A stretch of DNA of 63,895 nt, filler included, from Stramenopiles sp. TOSAG23-2 (Eukaryota), in NCBI GenBank assembly GCA_900128395.1. It is 13 parts of 13 records of this genome, joined end to end, with 100 filler letters (N's around TTAATTAATTAA, not from the genome) between each part and the next. Parts side by side here need not be neighbours in the genome. Positions count along the whole stretch, not along the records: positions 58,137 to 59,502 come from LT653074.1; positions 59,603 to 60,967 come from LT653075.1; positions 61,068 to 62,431 come from LT653076.1; positions 62,532 to 63,895 come from LT653077.1; 9 more parts are not named here. One strand, given 5' to 3'. Below, one piece after another: positions 59,103 through 63,895 of this stretch. Position 1 is the first letter of the stretch; each line of letters opens with the position of its first letter. Under the pieces are notes generated by a model. The model saw only the letters and a program-made list of their open reading frames with translations. It was not told the DNA's origin and ran no database searches. Made by a program: the position numbers and the translations under genes.

Positions 59103-60059
59103 CTTTGCAATATTCTGATTTATTAGGGTTTACTTTACTGTGATGCATTTGTTGTAACTCACTTTTATGTGTGGGAAAGGATTAGTTGTACCAACTTGGT
59201 GTGTGTCGTTGATGTTTTAATTTGTCATATTTTTAAATATATTGTATCATACAATTTCGAAGTTCGAAGTGTGGTGAAGTTGAGTCGATAAATCGTATAT
59301 TTCTATTTAGATACATAATATTTTGGATATTTTGGTCATTCATAATTAATATTATTTATGTTGTAAATAAATTCACGTATGGAATGATTTCAATGATAAA
59401 ATGGATTTAATGTAAGAAAAATAATCATAAAATGGCCAATATACCACAACCATTGTATATTTGATAGGTATATTATTGTATTTAGTATATAATAAGTACG
59501 AANNNNNNNNNNNNNNNNNNNNNNNNNNNNNNNNNNNNNNNNNNNNTTAATTAATTAANNNNNNNNNNNNNNNNNNNNNNNNNNNNNNNNNNNNNNNNNN
59601 NNGTGTAAGATTGTGTCTCCGGGAAGGTTTATAATATCTTATTTTTTACTGTATATCAATATTAATAATAATTTAAAATAAAAATTTAAATTACGCATAA
59701 TTTATTTTTAATTTCTACTACTATATAATATGCGTATGCATATATATACATATTTATGATGAGTAAAATCTTTAATTGTTTAAATATTAAGAGAATTATT
59801 TATGATATAATATGATTATATATTTAATATACACTCTTATTTTTATTGTACCCTCTCTAAATCAAGGTGATCCTTCTGGACTGACTTTTCTGGGGGATCC
59901 CGATATTTCTTTATCACCCTCACCTTAATTGTTTGTCCAACCTCCCCAACATCCCCTACATATACCATCCTACCTTCTTTTGTAGTGCCCTTTTTTCGTT
60001 TGTCCCTCATACCTATATTGATGAAGGCTCTTCCTTCAGTACTGTAGAATACGTAGTTT

Positions 60060-60338
60060 TTATCGATTAGGATGATAAACATTTGATTTTGTTGGTGATT
60101 GTTTGTTTAAATTCGGCAATGTTGATTCATTTTTATTTGATTCATGTCGATTATTGTTACTGTTCTTTTCTTGATTTGATGGTGTTTGATTATTCAATGA
60201 TGGTAAAAACGAGGAAGATGTTGTATTATTATTATTATTGCTTTTCATTTTATCATCATTATTTTCTATATCAAAATCATATCCCGAATCATCAAAATTA
60301 CTATCGTCATCTTCATCCTCATCATCCCAGAAACTCAT
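60060..60338 (-). CDS. Acidic/Asn-rich N-terminal fragment of an unknown gene
   Basis: Host-style low-complexity ORF that stops after 92 aa; the continuation is unclear. Confidence 0.35.
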   Translation of the reverse strand: MSFWDDEDEDDDSNFDDSGYDFDIENNDDKMKSNNNNNTTSSSFLPSLNNQTPSNQEKNSNNNRHESNKNESTLPNLNKQSPTKSNVYHPNR

Positions 60339-61067
60339 GTTGTTTGTGTGTGTGTTTGTTTGTCAGGCCCAGAAAAGGGGGGGAAGCAGTTGAAAATGTA
60401 TCTGTATATATGTAATTGTATGTAAAAATCTATTGAATGAGTGAGATTATTTCTATTAATGTGTAAGTTTTGTATTTGTTTTTATTATTATTAAATAAAT
60501 GTGTCCAAACAAATTGCCAACAACAACGTGTACAACGGTCATCATCAAATATTCCTGGATAGAAGGGTTCAAATTAGTACAGATTTAGTATAATATATAT
60601 TTGATAGGAGATCTAGGAATCTAAGAATAAATCCATAAAATCCAAAAATGTGCCAATGGTAATTTGGATGAAAATATCTAGAATATCCGAGTTTATAAAG
60701 CCCGTGGGATTCCATAGTTCTGTGTGTTAATTTACTGCCTCCCACGCAACAAAACTTAAAATTTATACAATTATTTTAAAACTAAGGACAATGGGAAAAT
60801 AGAATTTTTTTTTACAAAAGAAGAAATCTAAAAAAAATCTACTACTATCGATCTACTAAAAAAATACTAAAACACTAAAACATAGAATTGCAAAGTGCAA
60901 ATTCATTCATATTCATGTAAAAGATAATATAATGAAAGATACATAGCACCACATACATAGTTATATCNNNNNNNNNNNNNNNNNNNNNNNNNNNNNNNNN
61001 NNNNNNNNNNNTTAATTAATTAANNNNNNNNNNNNNNNNNNNNNNNNNNNNNNNNNNNNNNNNNNNN

Positions 61068-62431
61068 ACAAATGCTTTGACGTGTGAAGCTGGTTTCAGT
61101 GGTGGTCCTGTTGATCCAATACCTGTGCGTTCTTCCGGTTTATGCGCAGTACCGATAACAACAGAAGGAGAATGCAAAGCAGCAGCTAAATTTAATAATG
61201 AGAACGGTGTTGATAGCAATGGAGGTTACAAGGAAGTTGCTGGAAGGCTACCAGGGTGTTACCGTAGGCATCGTAATGGTCAACATTATTATTTCAACCC
61301 AGGAGTTCAACCAGGCGCGTCTCTGAAATGTGGGGAAGAAGCGGTATCTGGTGATAGTGGAAATACATGTATCTGTAGAACGAAAAATTGCCACAAGTGC
61401 CCAGAAAATACATATTCGACGGGTGGTATCAATCCATCATGTACACCATGTCCAAACGATAGACCAGTAACAAAAGATTTTAAAACAGGACAAACTTCTA
61501 TTGATTCCTGTGTACCGTTAAAGTGTGATTCTGGTTATGGTATGATACCAGAGAGGATGATACCAACAGATATTCGTACATCTGGATATGCATCACAATG
61601 TAGTGGTATATCTAAAATAACAACAGCAGAAGAATGTAAAGCAGCAGCTGAATATAATAGGGAGAATAATATTGATGGGAATAGTGGATATGCAGACCGA
61701 GGGAGTTGGTCGGGTGTTCCACCTGGATGTTGGTATAGGAGTCGTAATAAGAAATATTATTTTAGTGACAACGCAACATCAACAACAAAATGTAGTAAAA
61801 ATAGTAAATGTATATGCAAACCAAAAACATGTATCAAATGCCCAAAAAATACATACAGTATAGGTGGTATCAATTCAACATGTACACCATGTATAAAAGA
61901 TAGACCAACCACGAATTTTAAAACAGGACAAACATCTATTGATGCATGTATGCCTGTACCAATATTAAAATGTAGTGCTGGTTCTGGAGTTGAAGGTGAT
62001 GGTATTACAACACAAAGAAAATGTGAACAATGTCCAGCCGATACATACAATAACAAGAATAAGACTAATGTGCCATGTGAACCCTGCAAACCGCATTATA
62101 AAGCTAAAGTTGGTTCAACAGAGTGTGTTCATAAGTTTTCCAATGAATGGGTGATGTTTAAGTTTGACAGTATTGATACTATCATTGATAAAACGAAGGA
62201 AAAACAAAATGATTTATCAATCAAAAATTCACGTTTATGGCAAAAAGAACAAATTAGGATGCGGTATGATAAGTTAATGAAATCCCGCAAATCAAAAGAC
62301 GATAAAAATGAAAAATCATCATGTGAAGCACAACGTGCACATGGTACTGTTATCTTTCCTGCTGTCGAAATTTCAGATGAAATTGAAAAAATTGAAGATA
62401 CAACATGTATTAATACAAATCGTGATGAATT
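61068..62431 (+). CDS. Cys-rich extracellular protein with GCC2/GCC3 (ephrin-receptor/TNFR-like) repeats; partial at both ends
   Basis: CxxCPxxTY...CxPC repeats, a duplicated ITTxxECKAAA...PxGCY...YYF module and a coiled coil. Confidence 0.8.
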
Positions 62432-62533
62432 NNNNNNNNNNNNNNNNNNNNNNNNNNNNNNNNNNNNNNNNNNNNTTAATTAATTAANNNNNNNNNNNNN
62501 NNNNNNNNNNNNNNNNNNNNNNNNNNNNNNNCA

Positions 62534-63895
62534 ATTGAAAAGGCATTAAAAGGTTTAGGCTTATTCAGGGATAAAGTTCCAAATCCTATGGTAATACCAT
62601 TATGTTCCCGTTCAAAAGATATCATTGAACCGTTGGTAAAACCTCAATGGTGGGTACGCACCGTGGAAATGGCAAATGATGCCATGGAATGTGTACGCTC
62701 CGGTGCTTTGGAATTGAAACCAGCATTTCACAATGCTACCTGGTACAGATGGTTAACAAACTCGAGGGATTGGTGCATATCGCGTCAATTATGGTGGGGA
62801 CATCGTATACCAGCATATTTAGTTAAGAAAAAAGGTGAAGAACCGGAAGATCCAATTGCCTATTCAAATGATATGAATAATTGGGTTGTCGCTCGTACGA
62901 AAGAAGAAGCATTGGAAAAGGCGATGGCACAGTCGGGCATTGTGAATGCAGATGATGTCGTGTTGGAACAAGATCCGGATGTATTAGATACATGGTTCAG
63001 TTCCGGTTTATTCCCATTTTCAACGATGGGATGGCCAAACAAAGAAAATCAGGATTTAAAAGGATTTTTCCCGGGCCATTTGCTGGAAACAGGTCATGAT
63101 ATCTTATTTTTTTGGGTTGCAAGGATGGTTATGATGTCTCGCACATTGACAGGGGAGTTGCCATTCAAAACCGTTTATTTACATGCCATGGTTCGTGATA
63201 AATATGGACGTAAAATGTCGAAATCGCTTGGTAATGTTATTGATCCATTGGAAGTTATTAATGGTGCAACGTTGGAGGAATTACATAATAAATTACGCAA
63301 TGGTAATTTGCCAGAGAAGGAAATCAAAAAAGCCATTGCTGGGCAAAAGGAGGAATATCCAGATGGTATGCCACAATGTGGTGCAGATGGTTTGCGTTTT
63401 GGTTTATTATCATACACCGTACAAGGTCGTGATGTGAATTTGGATGTACAACGTGTATTCGGATATCGTAAATTCTGCAACAAGTTGTGGAATTTATTTA
63501 AATTTGCATTTATGATGGCTGATTTAGGTACATTTAAAGCATCAGGAAATTTAGATGTCGATATTATGCAAATGAAATTAAGTGAACGAGATCGATGGAT
63601 TTTAAGTCGTTGTGCAAATGCATCTAAAATTACTAAAGACAAAATTGAAGGCTATCATTTTGGTGATGCATGTGCTTCAATTTATAATTTCTTTTTGAAT
63701 GAGCTATGCAATGTATATGTAGAATTAGTAAAACCAGTGTTGAGAAACAAAGATGATGCAGATGCAAGAGAAGCTGCAAGAGCAACATTATATGTATGTT
63801 TGGATACTGGTTTGCGTTTGTTACATCCTATCATGCCATATATCACCGAGGAATTATACCAGCGATTGGGACGTCGTGAAGGTGACAGTACGGAA
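62534..63895 (+). CDS. VARS: Valyl-tRNA synthetase, internal fragment
   Basis: Absent from the ORF track because the frame has no stop. It reads PLCSRSKDIIEPLVKPQWW, DWCISRQLWWGHRIP, DVLDTWFSSGLFPF, LETGHDILFFWVARM, KMSKSLGN and LLHPIMP. Confidence 0.97.
   Translation, partial: MEKALKGLGLFRDKVPNPMVIPLCSRSKDIIEPLVKPQWWVRTVEMANDAMECVRSGALELKPAFHNATWYRWLTNSRDWCISRQLWWGHRIPAYLVKKKGEEPEDPIAYSNDMNNWVVARTKEEALEKAMAQSGIVNADDVVLEQDPDVLDTWFSSGLFPFSTMGWPNKENQDLKGFFPGHLLETGHDILFFWVARMVMMSRTLTGELPFKTVYLHAMVRDKYGRKMSKSLGNVIDPLEVINGATLEELHNKLRNGNLPEKEIKKAIAGQKEEYPDGMPQCGADGLRFGLLSYTVQGRDVNLDVQRVFGYRKFCNKLWNLFKFAFMMADLGTFKASGNLDVDIMQMKLSERDRWILSRCANASKITKDKIEGYHFGDACASIYNFFLNELCNVYVELVKPVLRNKDDADAREAARATLYVCLDTGLRLLHPIMPYITEELYQRLGRREGDSTE

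Noticed and set aside
6405-62531. Regularly spaced TTAATTAATTAA motifs resembling a repeat array or TTAA transposon target sites
   Set aside because: They are always flanked by exactly 44 N on each side, so they are artificial contig separators.
62860-63642. Listed ORFs in the last contig
   Set aside because: They are off-frame or antisense to the continuous ValRS frame.
1-63895. A gene cluster or operon spanning the window (for example GSTs, kinase, LRR and TPR genes as a defence island)
   Set aside because: The genes lie on separate length-sorted contigs, so adjacency across linkers carries no information.

Overview
This is not one contiguous locus. It is 13 AT-rich eukaryotic contigs joined by artificial 100-bp linkers (44 N + TTAATTAATTAA + 44 N): nine of about 6.3-6.4 kb, then four of about 1.36 kb, in descending length order. 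Neighbourhoods across linkers are therefore meaningless. The genes are intron-poor and rich in poly-Asn/Thr/Asp tracts. They suggest a heterotrophic flagellated protist, possibly a stramenopile; this is an inference from the tandem cathepsin-Z gene, a ZBBX-like ciliary motif and an RRRLL secreted protein. Recognisable host genes include TAF1, a CRT-like transporter, a peroxisomal SDR ending in SKL, a two-domain cathepsin Z, two GSTs, an acyltransferase-3, a hybrid histidine kinase, PheRS-alpha, MDP-1, MnmA/TRMU, POLD3, RPS19, a JmjC gene, mitochondrial uL4, IWS1, MPND and ValRS, plus fragments of ArgC and probably NSE1. The most striking segment is on contig 45307-51622. Host-like genes give way, at a perfect 48-bp palindrome (48092-48139), to a compact block of three genes without low-complexity tracts. 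One of these has motifs of an HK97-type portal protein, which suggests an integrated and probably decaying Duplodnaviria (mirusvirus-like) element. All protein calls come from motif recognition by eye; no database searches were run.
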